The notes under the pieces are model-generated. The model saw only the letters and a list, made by a program, of their open reading frames with translations. It searched no databases and was not told where the DNA came from. Source: Myxococcales bacterium (GTDB taxonomy: Bacteria; Desulfobacterota; Binatia; HRBIN30). Taken from it: 64,000 bases of DNA. Both the position numbers and the translations under genes were made by a program. Positions 56,382 to 64,000 of the stretch are shown in pieces. How positions within the stretch are numbered: position 1 is the stretch's first letter; the number at the start of each line of letters is the position of its first letter. Where the stretch lies: contig JBBILD010000001.1 in the NCBI GenBank assembly GCA_037445065.1, forward strand, positions 56,716-120,715. The letters are read 5' to 3'.

Positions 56382-58607
56382 ATGACGGCGGACCCGCAGT
56401 CGCCTGCCTTCGAGAGCGAGCTTTCGGATGACGAGCGCCGTCGCAGGCGGCGTGAGGCGTGGCTCATCCTGATCGGTCTCTTGCTCTTTGTTGTGCTGAC
56501 CTGGCTGACGGTGGCGCGGGCGCCGGAAGGGGGAGTTTTCGGCAACAGCACGTTTTCCTTCCTCCTCATCAATGTCAACCTGCTACTGCTGATTCTCCTT
56601 GTCTTCCTGGTGACTCGGAACTTGGTCAAACTCGTGGCGGAACGGCGGCGTGGAATTTTTGGGTCGCGCCTGCGCAGCCGCTTAGTGGCCGCGTTCCTGC
56701 TGATCACCCTGGGACCGAGTGTCCTCTTGTTCTTCGTGGCCCAAGGATTCTTGCAGGCCGTTTTCACTAGTTGGTTCAACGTTCGCGTAGAGTCCGCGCT
56801 TCGCAACTCGGTGCAGGTGTCTCAGAGTTACTACCAGTTCGCTGCGAATGGTGCGATTCACTTCGCTCGCGAACTGGCACGTGGATTGGGCGAACGCTGG
56901 TTACTGGAGTCGCGCGGGACCGAGATTGCTGGTTGGCTGGAAAGTAAACGAGCGGAGTACGGACTTGCGATGGTGGGGCTTTGGAACCAAGGGGGGAGCC
57001 CGCTGGCGATGGCGCGAGAGAAACAGATGCACAACGCTCCACTGGCAGATCCAGCCGCGATTCGGGAGGCTCTGGCCGGTGGAGAAGCGGCCGACACGAT
57101 GCGCTGGGGGAGGTCGGACGTGGTTTGGGTAGCCGTTCCGGTTCGCGACCCCGGAGGAGCGGTGGTTGCGGCTTTGGGAGTGGCATACTGGGTGCCGCGC
57201 AGCGTGAGCGAATTGACGCGGGCAATCGCCCGTTCATACGCGGAGTACCGACAGTTGGAGATTTTGCGCCAGCCGATCAAAAACAGTTACATACTCACAC
57301 TGGCACTCATTACGTTGGTGCTGATTTTTTCCGGAACCTGGTTCGGGATCCGGCAGGCGCGAAGAATCTCGAAGCCGTTGCTGGAACTCGCCGCTGGAAC
57401 TCGCGAGGTGGCACGGGGGAATTGGAGTTACCGGATCGAACCCCCGGGCGATCACGAGATTGCCTTGCTTGTCGAAGCGTTCAATCAAATGACGGCGGAG
57501 CTGGAGCAAACGAACCGGGAACTCGTGCAGCGCCGAACGTACGTGGAAAACCTCCTGGCGAACATTGGAGCAGGAGTGCTGTCGTTGGATTCCACCGGCG
57601 TGGTGACCACGGTCAACCCAGCGGCCGAGCGCTTGCTCGGAGTCGCAGCCAGCAGCGCACTGGGTAAGCATTGGGGTGCAGTGTTTGCTGGCAGCGGCTG
57701 GAGCAAGCTCCAGGAGATGGTGGCTGAGGCAACCGTAGAACCTAGGAGAGAAATCCAGCGACAGATGCAGCTGACCTCGTCGGGAGAGGGTCGGGTTGTG
57801 CTGGTCACAGCAACGCCTCTGGGGGAAGGAACGCAGGGTAGGCAAGGTCTGATGCTGTTTTTTGAGGATGTTACCCACCTCATGCGGGTACAGCGGATGG
57901 AGGCTTGGCGTGAGGTTGCGCGCCGCCTTGCACACGAAATCAAGAACCCGCTGACCCCGATTCAACTGTCCGCGCAACGGTTGGAGAAGCGGCTGCTGCC
58001 GCTCCTTTCACCCGAGGACCGCGCGATCGTCGAAGAGTGCACGGAAACGATTGTCCAGGAGGTTGAGCACCTGAAACGACTGGTTACGGAGTTCTCTCGG
58101 TTTGCGCGCTTGCCTGCAGTGCAGTTGGTGCCGAGCGACGTCAACGCATTGGTGGAAGACACGGTGCGTATGTTCCGCAGTGGACAGCCGAAGCTCGAGG
58201 TGCGTTTTTACCCAGGCTCGGGACTGCCACTGGTTGAGCTCGACCGCGACGCGATTAAGCGCGCGCTGTGGAATCTGCTCGATAACGCTGCCGCGGCAGT
58301 GGCGGAGGAAGCATCGCCCCGGGTTGAGGTGCGCACGGAATACCATCCCGACGCGGGCGCGGTTCGCATCGAGGTGGCCGACAATGGTTGTGGTATCCCC
58401 CGCGATGCGAAGGCGCGGTTGTTCGAGCCTTACTTTTCGACCAAGCCGGAAGGCACCGGGCTGGGACTTGCCATCGTGGCCTCGATCGCGGCGGAGCATC
58501 AGGCTTACGTGCACGTGACGGATAATCTTCCGAAGGGGGCGCGCTTTGTACTCGAATTTCCATTGCGATCCTTGAAAGCGCTGCGTCCTTCGGCTGTAGG
58601 AGCGTAG
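56382..58607 (+). CDS. ntrY: NtrY-like sensor histidine kinase (TM-HAMP-PAS-HisKA-HATPase)
   Basis: RRGIFGSRLRSRLV, HAMP (FNQMT), PAS, AWREVARRLAHEIKNPLTPIQLSAQRL and GTGLGL. Confidence 0.9.
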   Translation: MTADPQSPAFESELSDDERRRRRREAWLILIGLLLFVVLTWLTVARAPEGGVFGNSTFSFLLINVNLLLLILLVFLVTRNLVKLVAERRRGIFGSRLRSRLVAAFLLITLGPSVLLFFVAQGFLQAVFTSWFNVRVESALRNSVQVSQSYYQFAANGAIHFARELARGLGERWLLESRGTEIAGWLESKRAEYGLAMVGLWNQGGSPLAMAREKQMHNAPLADPAAIREALAGGEAADTMRWGRSDVVWVAVPVRDPGGAVVAALGVAYWVPRSVSELTRAIARSYAEYRQLEILRQPIKNSYILTLALITLVLIFSGTWFGIRQARRISKPLLELAAGTREVARGNWSYRIEPPGDHEIALLVEAFNQMTAELEQTNRELVQRRTYVENLLANIGAGVLSLDSTGVVTTVNPAAERLLGVAASSALGKHWGAVFAGSGWSKLQEMVAEATVEPRREIQRQMQLTSSGEGRVVLVTATPLGEGTQGRQGLMLFFEDVTHLMRVQRMEAWREVARRLAHEIKNPLTPIQLSAQRLEKRLLPLLSPEDRAIVEECTETIVQEVEHLKRLVTEFSRFARLPAVQLVPSDVNALVEDTVRMFRSGQPKLEVRFYPGSGLPLVELDRDAIKRALWNLLDNAAAAVAEEASPRVEVRTEYHPDAGAVRIEVADNGCGIPRDAKARLFEPYFSTKPEGTGLGLAIVASIAAEHQAYVHVTDNLPKGARFVLEFPLRSLKALRPSAVGA

Positions 58608-58735
58608 CCTTGGTGTTCTGGGTGAGTAAGAAAGGTGGGGCTACCGCTTGGGCGTTACGCTGCGAACCTTCGCTCGCCTGAGATTCCGGTGGCAGCAGCC
58701 GGAACCAGGTGCGAAAGTCGGTGGGAGGAGGAGCC

Positions 58736-60013
58736 GTGACAACAGTTTTGGTTGTGGATGACGAAGCTCACATCCGTTCCTCGCTGCGTGGAATTTTGTC
58801 GGAAGAAGGCATGCACGTGGTGGAGGCGGCGAACGGGCGAGAAGCCCTGGCTTTGCTCGAACAATGTAGGCCTGACCTGGTCGTGCTCGACGTCTGGATG
58901 CCCGAGGTAGATGGTCTAGAGTTCTTGCGCGCCATCCAGAACCGGGCCCAGGCGCCCGCGGTCTTGATGATTTCCGGCCATGGCAACATCGAGACCGCGG
59001 TCAAAGCCACACAACTGGGAGCCGTAGATTTTATCGAAAAGCCATTCTCGCTTGCGGGATTCCTGGGTGCGGTTGAACGCGCCCTGCGCCGCCAGCAGGT
59101 TCAAAACCAGCAGGATCCCCACCCTGCCTCCCCGCTCCCTACGAGTAGCCGCTCGGTGGAGGGGGTTGCTCCGCAAGTCCGTGGGCGTTTTCGGCAACGG
59201 ACGGTTGCGCGGAGCATGGTCGATACCGGAACGGGTTTGCATAGCGGAGTAAAAACAGGACTGATCTTACAGCCCATGCCGCCAGGTTCGGGGATCGTGT
59301 TCTCGAACCTTTCCGCCGAGACGCCCGTACCCGCTCATTTGGACTTCGTGGACTCCACAGGCTACGCCACCACATTGCATCGCGCCGGGGTGACCATCCG
59401 TACGGTCGAGCACTTACTGGCCGCGCTCCATGCGTACCGAGTCACGAACTTGTTCGTGAAAGTCCAAGGGGAAGTCCCGATTATGGACGGTTCTGCGCAG
59501 CGTTGGTGCGAGCTGATCGAGAGCGCTGGGGTGGAGGAGCAGGACGCTTGGGCCGAGGAATACGCGGTGCGCGAGGTCGTGGAGATAAGGCGCAGCGAGG
59601 AGGAGTGGATTCGGATCGAGCCCTTCGACAGACTCGCAGTGACGTACGTGCTCGAATATCCGCCACCCGTGGGCAGGCAAGAGTATTCCTTTGTGTTGCA
59701 GGACCCGCACAGTTTCCGGGAGCAGATTGCACCCGCGCGCACGTTCGGATTCGTGAAGGACATGAAGCTCTTAGCCTCGATGGGCTTAGCGTCCGGCGGC
59801 CGCTTAGATAACTGCATTCTGATCGACGACGAAAAAATCGTGAACACCACCTTGCGGTTCCCTGAAGAACTCGCTCGCCACAAGATCCTCGACATCTGTG
59901 GCGACATGTATTTGCTGGGCCGGCCGCTGCGCGGGAAGATCACTGCGAAAAGAACCGGTCACTCCGAAAACATCGCCTTACTTCGCAAGCTTCGCAGTCA
60001 GTTCGAGGGGTGA
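58736..60013 (+). CDS. lpxC: Response-regulator receiver domain fused to UDP-3-O-acyl-N-acetylglucosamine deacetylase LpxC
   Basis: REC: VVDDE, LDVWMPEVDG, ISGHG, FIEKPF. LpxC: GTGLHSG, TVEHLLAAL, EVPIMDGSA, APARTFGF, RHKILD, TGH. GGAGGAGG RBS before GTG 58736. Confidence 0.92.
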   Translation: MTTVLVVDDEAHIRSSLRGILSEEGMHVVEAANGREALALLEQCRPDLVVLDVWMPEVDGLEFLRAIQNRAQAPAVLMISGHGNIETAVKATQLGAVDFIEKPFSLAGFLGAVERALRRQQVQNQQDPHPASPLPTSSRSVEGVAPQVRGRFRQRTVARSMVDTGTGLHSGVKTGLILQPMPPGSGIVFSNLSAETPVPAHLDFVDSTGYATTLHRAGVTIRTVEHLLAALHAYRVTNLFVKVQGEVPIMDGSAQRWCELIESAGVEEQDAWAEEYAVREVVEIRRSEEEWIRIEPFDRLAVTYVLEYPPPVGRQEYSFVLQDPHSFREQIAPARTFGFVKDMKLLASMGLASGGRLDNCILIDDEKIVNTTLRFPEELARHKILDICGDMYLLGRPLRGKITAKRTGHSENIALLRKLRSQFEG

Positions 60014-60146
60014 GACAGGCGCTGGCCCCCCCTGTGCCGCCAGCGACAATGCATTCGTGTTCAGCAGCGAACGCTTCCCCTGCGAGGAGACACGCCGCCG
60101 GCCTGAACCAGACGCGAAAGGCGGGCGCGGAGAAGACTCGCGTGCT

Positions 60147-61298
60147 TCAACGTTGCACCACCGTGGCAGCAAGGCGATGACTGCGCCGGATTTCCCGGGC
60201 AACCCGCTGTGCTTGTTTGGGGCTCGGGAAATCTCCTACCGTCACCCGATACACGGCCTGGCGCTTGGATCGGCCCTGTTCGATTTTGGCGGGGTAGCCG
60301 GAGCGGTCGAGCGATTTTTGTACCCGCTCTGCGAGCGCATAGTCCCGAAAGTTGCCCAGACGCACTGCGTAGGCCGAGCGTTTCTGTGCGCTTCCCTGCC
60401 CTACTTCGTCACCCCCGCCGCGTGTGGTCTCGCCGCTCCCTGCCACTTGCAGAGTTTCAGGAAATACCTCCGGCCACGATTCACCTTCCAATGCTGCGGC
60501 CAGCAGGCGTTTGATATCCCCCCATAGATCAGTGGAGCCGAGCACTGCAAAACTGACGCTCCGCTCACCCGCCCAAGCTGCGCCGACGAAGCAGCGTTTT
60601 GCCGCCCGAGTCCACCCTGTTTTGCCCACAACTCGAAGGTGGTAGTCGCCGAGCAAGCGATTGTGATTGCGAAGCGCAATGCGTCGCATTGAGCCTGACG
60701 TCGGCCGGATCTCTCCCGTACGCGTGCTCACGATTGCTTCGAACAAAGGATGGCGGAGTGCATACCGGAAAATGACGGCCAAGTCCCGCGCACTCGATAC
60801 GTGCCGATCATCGGGCAACCCGTGAGGATTGACAAAGTGTGTGTTTCGCGCCCCCAATTTCCAGGCCAGCGCATTCATCCGTTCCGCGAAGGAAGCAACC
60901 GAGCCTGCCAACCCCTCGGCAATGACCACACTGGCGTCATTGGCCGAATTGAGCAGCACCGCGTAGACAAGATCCGCAAGCCGCAGGGTCATTCCCGGTT
61001 TGAGCCCCAGCTTTGAAGCCGGGGTCGCCGCAGCTTCTTTGGAAACCGGAAAGGACTCCTGCATACGTCCGCTCTGGATTGCCAGCAGGGCAGTGACCAC
61101 TTTCGTTGTGCTGGCGGGGGGTAGGGGCGTATCCGGCTCGTGTGCCCACAACACGGACCCGGTTGCGTTGTCCAGCACGATTGCGGCACGAGCCGTGAGC
61201 AGGCGGGGTGAGTTCCCTCCGTTCGCGGCTTCGACACCGGACGCACCCCACCCCGCAGCCCAAAACGCGATGACCGCCAAAAAACGCCATGTCCGCAC
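60147..61298 (-). CDS. D-alanyl-D-alanine carboxypeptidase (S11) with C-terminal SPOR domain
   Basis: PASTTK (SxxK), SAND (SxN), NPHGL and GKTG. C-terminal YAVRLGNF...YRVTVGDF SPOR domain. Confidence 0.9.
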   Translation of the reverse strand: MRTWRFLAVIAFWAAGWGASGVEAANGGNSPRLLTARAAIVLDNATGSVLWAHEPDTPLPPASTTKVVTALLAIQSGRMQESFPVSKEAAATPASKLGLKPGMTLRLADLVYAVLLNSANDASVVIAEGLAGSVASFAERMNALAWKLGARNTHFVNPHGLPDDRHVSSARDLAVIFRYALRHPLFEAIVSTRTGEIRPTSGSMRRIALRNHNRLLGDYHLRVVGKTGWTRAAKRCFVGAAWAGERSVSFAVLGSTDLWGDIKRLLAAALEGESWPEVFPETLQVAGSGETTRGGGDEVGQGSAQKRSAYAVRLGNFRDYALAERVQKSLDRSGYPAKIEQGRSKRQAVYRVTVGDFPSPKQAQRVAREIRRSHRLAATVVQR

Positions 61299-61400
61299 CT
61301 GCACCACCTCCTCAGCCGCGAGTTTCCTCCAACCCAACACACAGCATGCGCCAAGACACCCAGCGCTGTCAACGGAAAGTCAACAGGCGAATTCCTCCAG

Positions 61401-62504
61401 CTATTGAGCCCGCAGGTCTTCGTCAAGCCACGGCGCCGCTGGTGCAGCGTGTGTCAGCACCGAGCGGAACAGAAACACACTGAGAATGAGAGGCAGCACG
61501 TAGTACGCGACACGAAAAATCAGTACTGCAATGACCGCGACCTCGAATGGCACGCCCAATCCGGCAAAGATGGCGGCCATTGAGCCTTCCATGATTCCCA
61601 GACCACCCGGAATAAACGACACCAAGGACAAGACAATCCCAACTGCGAAGCCAACAATCACGAAACTGAAGGGTAAAGGATAACCCACGGCCAGAAACGC
61701 CGTGTGCAGGATGAGCAGAGTTGCCACCCAGTCTACCGCGATCCAGAAAATCGGCCCCAGCATGTGGGTCTTCCGTTCCATCAAGAACTCGATGCCGCGG
61801 TCTAGATTTCTTTGAAAACGCCAGATCCGAACACGCCGGAGTTTGAGCCGGGGGGCTACCCGGTGCACTAGCCAGTGCCCTACCTCGGCGAGCAAAAACA
61901 AGGTGCGCCGGCGCACGCGGCGGTGAATGAGTAAGAAAACGGCAATCAGGGACGCGATGGTGAAAACCGCGGTAAGCACGGCGCTGGTGATGAGTGTGAG
62001 GCCAGTGAGTTCGTGGGTTTTGAGCAGGTAGAAAAACCCGGCAAGCACGAACAGCAGCAACATCAGGTTGGTGATGAACGTTTGCACCAAGGAAATCGTC
62101 ACGGCTCGCCCAGACGGCACCTTGAGCCGCAGAAAGAAGTACATCCGCACGGCAAAACCGCTGAGCCCTCCACTCGTGATCAAGTGGTTGATGGTGTTTG
62201 CGACGAAGGTCACCTTGAGCATGTCCCAGAACGGGACCCAGTACCCGGCAGCGCGCGCAATGTCTTGATAGGACCGGGCCATCGCCACATAACTCGCCAT
62301 GGAGCACAGCACGGGTAAAAGCAGGCGGGAGGGGTGCACCTTTTGCGTCGTGCGCCAAAGCTCGCGTGCATCGGAAAACGCAAAAAGAGCCACCAAAGCC
62401 GCGAGGCCGAAAACCAGCAGCCAGGAAAGCCACTGTGGCCGCCGCAATAGGCGCTGGGCGAGAGGATCCGCCGCCGCAACCTCGGCATTGGAGTTTTTTG
62501 CCAT
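61401..62504 (-). CDS. Lysylphosphatidylglycerol synthase TM / flippase-like membrane protein (UPF0104)
   Basis: Multi-TM, SGGLSG, PGGLGIMEG and IFRVAYYVLP. Confidence 0.85.
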   Translation of the reverse strand: MAKNSNAEVAAADPLAQRLLRRPQWLSWLLVFGLAALVALFAFSDARELWRTTQKVHPSRLLLPVLCSMASYVAMARSYQDIARAAGYWVPFWDMLKVTFVANTINHLITSGGLSGFAVRMYFFLRLKVPSGRAVTISLVQTFITNLMLLLFVLAGFFYLLKTHELTGLTLITSAVLTAVFTIASLIAVFLLIHRRVRRRTLFLLAEVGHWLVHRVAPRLKLRRVRIWRFQRNLDRGIEFLMERKTHMLGPIFWIAVDWVATLLILHTAFLAVGYPLPFSFVIVGFAVGIVLSLVSFIPGGLGIMEGSMAAIFAGLGVPFEVAVIAVLIFRVAYYVLPLILSVFLFRSVLTHAAPAAPWLDEDLRAQ

Positions 62505-62624
62505 CGTGCCAACGCGTGAAAGAAGCAGCGAATTACTTTTGCTGCGAGGAGAGGTCAAGGATGCTCGAACTTGTGGGCTTGCCAGCGAGTCGCTAAGCAG
62601 GGGCGTACTCTCGTTGGCGCGCCT

Positions 62625-62924
62625 ATGTTTGTGATCGCGAACTTACTTGTGGCTCTGGCGCGTGTTCTAGACCTCCTGCTCCACATCTACAGTTTGATCC
62701 TGATTGTCCGTGTCATTGTGTCTTGGGTCAATGCTGACCCGTACAATCCGCTCGTGCGCTTCTTGTACCAGGCCACCGAGCCGTTGCTGTACCGGGTCCG
62801 ACGTGCTCTGCCGGTTGTGTACGCGGGGATCGACTTTTCCCCCCTCGTGGTACTGATCGCGATTTTTTTCTTGCAGGGGTTTTTAGTGACTACGTTGCAA
62901 GACATCGCAGCGTCTCTGCGGTGA
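62625..62924 (+). CDS. yggT: YggT family membrane protein
   Basis: SWVNADPYNPLVRFLYQATEP and IDFSPLV. Confidence 0.92.
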   Translation: MFVIANLLVALARVLDLLLHIYSLILIVRVIVSWVNADPYNPLVRFLYQATEPLLYRVRRALPVVYAGIDFSPLVVLIAIFFLQGFLVTTLQDIAASLR

Positions 62925-63003
62925 GGCTCGCGTTGACAAGGATGGGGCCAGTGATTATCGCGCTTGCCGCGTTTCATCTAGCTGTTGATGCAGGAGGGAT
63001 CCG

Positions 63004-63300
63004 GTGCCGATTTACGAATACATGTGTGAAACCTGTGGTGAGTTCGAAGTGACCCAGCGCATCACCGATCCTCCGCTCAAACGGTGCCCGACTTGTCGGA
63101 GTAAAGTGCGCAAGCTGATCTCGGCTAGCTCTTTCCAACTGAAAGGATCTGGTTGGTACCTGACCGATTACGCCCGCAGTGGCAGTGGGAAGTCGGCAGG
63201 TGGAGAGGAGAAGTCGGGGAGCGCCGCAACGGCTGGCGAGGTGAAGACGGAAGCAAAGGCGGGAGGAAAGGGATCGGCTGCGGCGTCCACAGGTTCCTGA
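63004..63300 (+). CDS. FmdB-family zinc-ribbon protein
   Basis: MPIYEYMCETCG...CPTC...FQLKGSGWYLTDY. Confidence 0.92.
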   Translation: MPIYEYMCETCGEFEVTQRITDPPLKRCPTCRSKVRKLISASSFQLKGSGWYLTDYARSGSGKSAGGEEKSGSAATAGEVKTEAKAGGKGSAAASTGS

Positions 63301-63515
63301 CAGCCACGGCCTAGGGCCCTCAGCGAGCCCGTGCCACGAGCACCAGTCTCGGCGATAGAATTTCCCGCCTTCTGGCGGAGTGCGCTCTTCGCGCAGAAGT
63401 TCTGCCGAACGGCAACGTGCGATGCCTATGCCTGAGCAGCGCACGTTGCGAAAAGATCAGGTCGTTGGCGCCTGGTCCAGGGCGGGCACAGGAGCTTGGG
63501 CGCTATAGAGCCGCA

Positions 63516-64000
63516 CTAACGGGCGCCGCGATTTTGCGGAGCCGGGGGACTTGCCAGGGCTTTGCTGCGGCTTGGATGGCGCAGTTTGCGTAAGGCCTTC
63601 GCCTCGATTTGCCGGATTCGCTCCCGGGTGACCGCAAAACGCTGACCAACCTCCTCGAGGGTGTAATCCGAACGCTCACCGATTCCAAATCGCATGCGCA
63701 AGATTTGCTCCTCGCGAGGCGTGAGAGTGGCCAGAACCCGCCGGGTTTGCTCTTCGAGGCTGGAGAAAACGGCGGCGTCCGCCGGGGAAATGGTCTGCCG
63801 GTCTTCCACGAAATCCCCTAGGGAGCTGTCTTCCTCGTCTCCGATCGGAGTTTCCAAGGACACCGGTTCTTTGACGATGCGCAGGACCTTGCGGACCTTC
63901 TCGATCGGCATTTCCATCCGTTCGGCAATCTCCTCCGGAGTGGGTTCGCGGCCGAGTTGTTGAACTAAATACCGGGAGGAACGCACCACTTTGTTGATCG
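63516..64000 (-). CDS. rpoD: RpoD-like sigma-70 factor, 3' part (truncated by window edge)
   Basis: [27 protein letters not shown] and [33 protein letters not shown]. Confidence 0.85.
   Translation of the reverse strand, partial: INKVVRSSRYLVQQLGREPTPEEIAERMEMPIEKVRKVLRIVKEPVSLETPIGDEEDSSLGDFVEDRQTISPADAAVFSSLEEQTRRVLATLTPREEQILRMRFGIGERSDYTLEEVGQRFAVTRERIRQIEAKALRKLRHPSRSKALASPPAPQNRGAR

Noticed and set aside
62933-62961. TTGACA upstream of the FmdB gene as a sigma-70 promoter
   Set aside because: The -35 is perfect, but the -10 at 17-nt spacing (TATCGC) is weak, so it was not called.

Overview
This is a gene-dense, GC-rich (roughly 60% by eye) bacterial chromosomal window with about 55 CDSs and one tRNA-Val(CAC). 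I saw no transposase, integrase, prophage, CRISPR array or rRNA. lpxC, Tat/Sec lipoproteins and DsbD indicate a diderm; the gene content resembles Deltaproteobacteria-like lineages such as Ca. Binatia (inference only). Housekeeping genes include sucA-sucB-lpdA, pfp, rpiA, menA, ribB(X), pcm, dsbD, a dacA-like carboxypeptidase, yggT and a partial rpoD-like gene. Five items stand out. (1) A divergon at 23.1-31.8 kb (possibly to 33.4 kb): an ECF sigma factor with a candidate autoregulatory promoter, a zinc-finger membrane anti-sigma whose extracytoplasmic end carries a CxxCH heme-c motif, a MauG-type di-heme enzyme, a Tat metallophosphoesterase, a SoxA/TsdA-like cytochrome and a small helical periplasmic protein, facing a large secreted beta-propeller/di-heme protein. 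(2) An NtrY-like kinase followed by a receiver domain fused to an intact-looking LpxC. (3) An operon joining a PfkB kinase, DprE1/DprE2-like genes, a histidine phosphatase and a PLP aminotransferase fused to a MurF-like domain. (4) A PTS EIIA gene leading the 2-oxoglutarate dehydrogenase operon. (5) An alternative sigma-70 with an altered region 2.4. All calls come from reading motifs by eye, with no database searches. Several start codons were moved from the ORF track to better RBS-supported starts.
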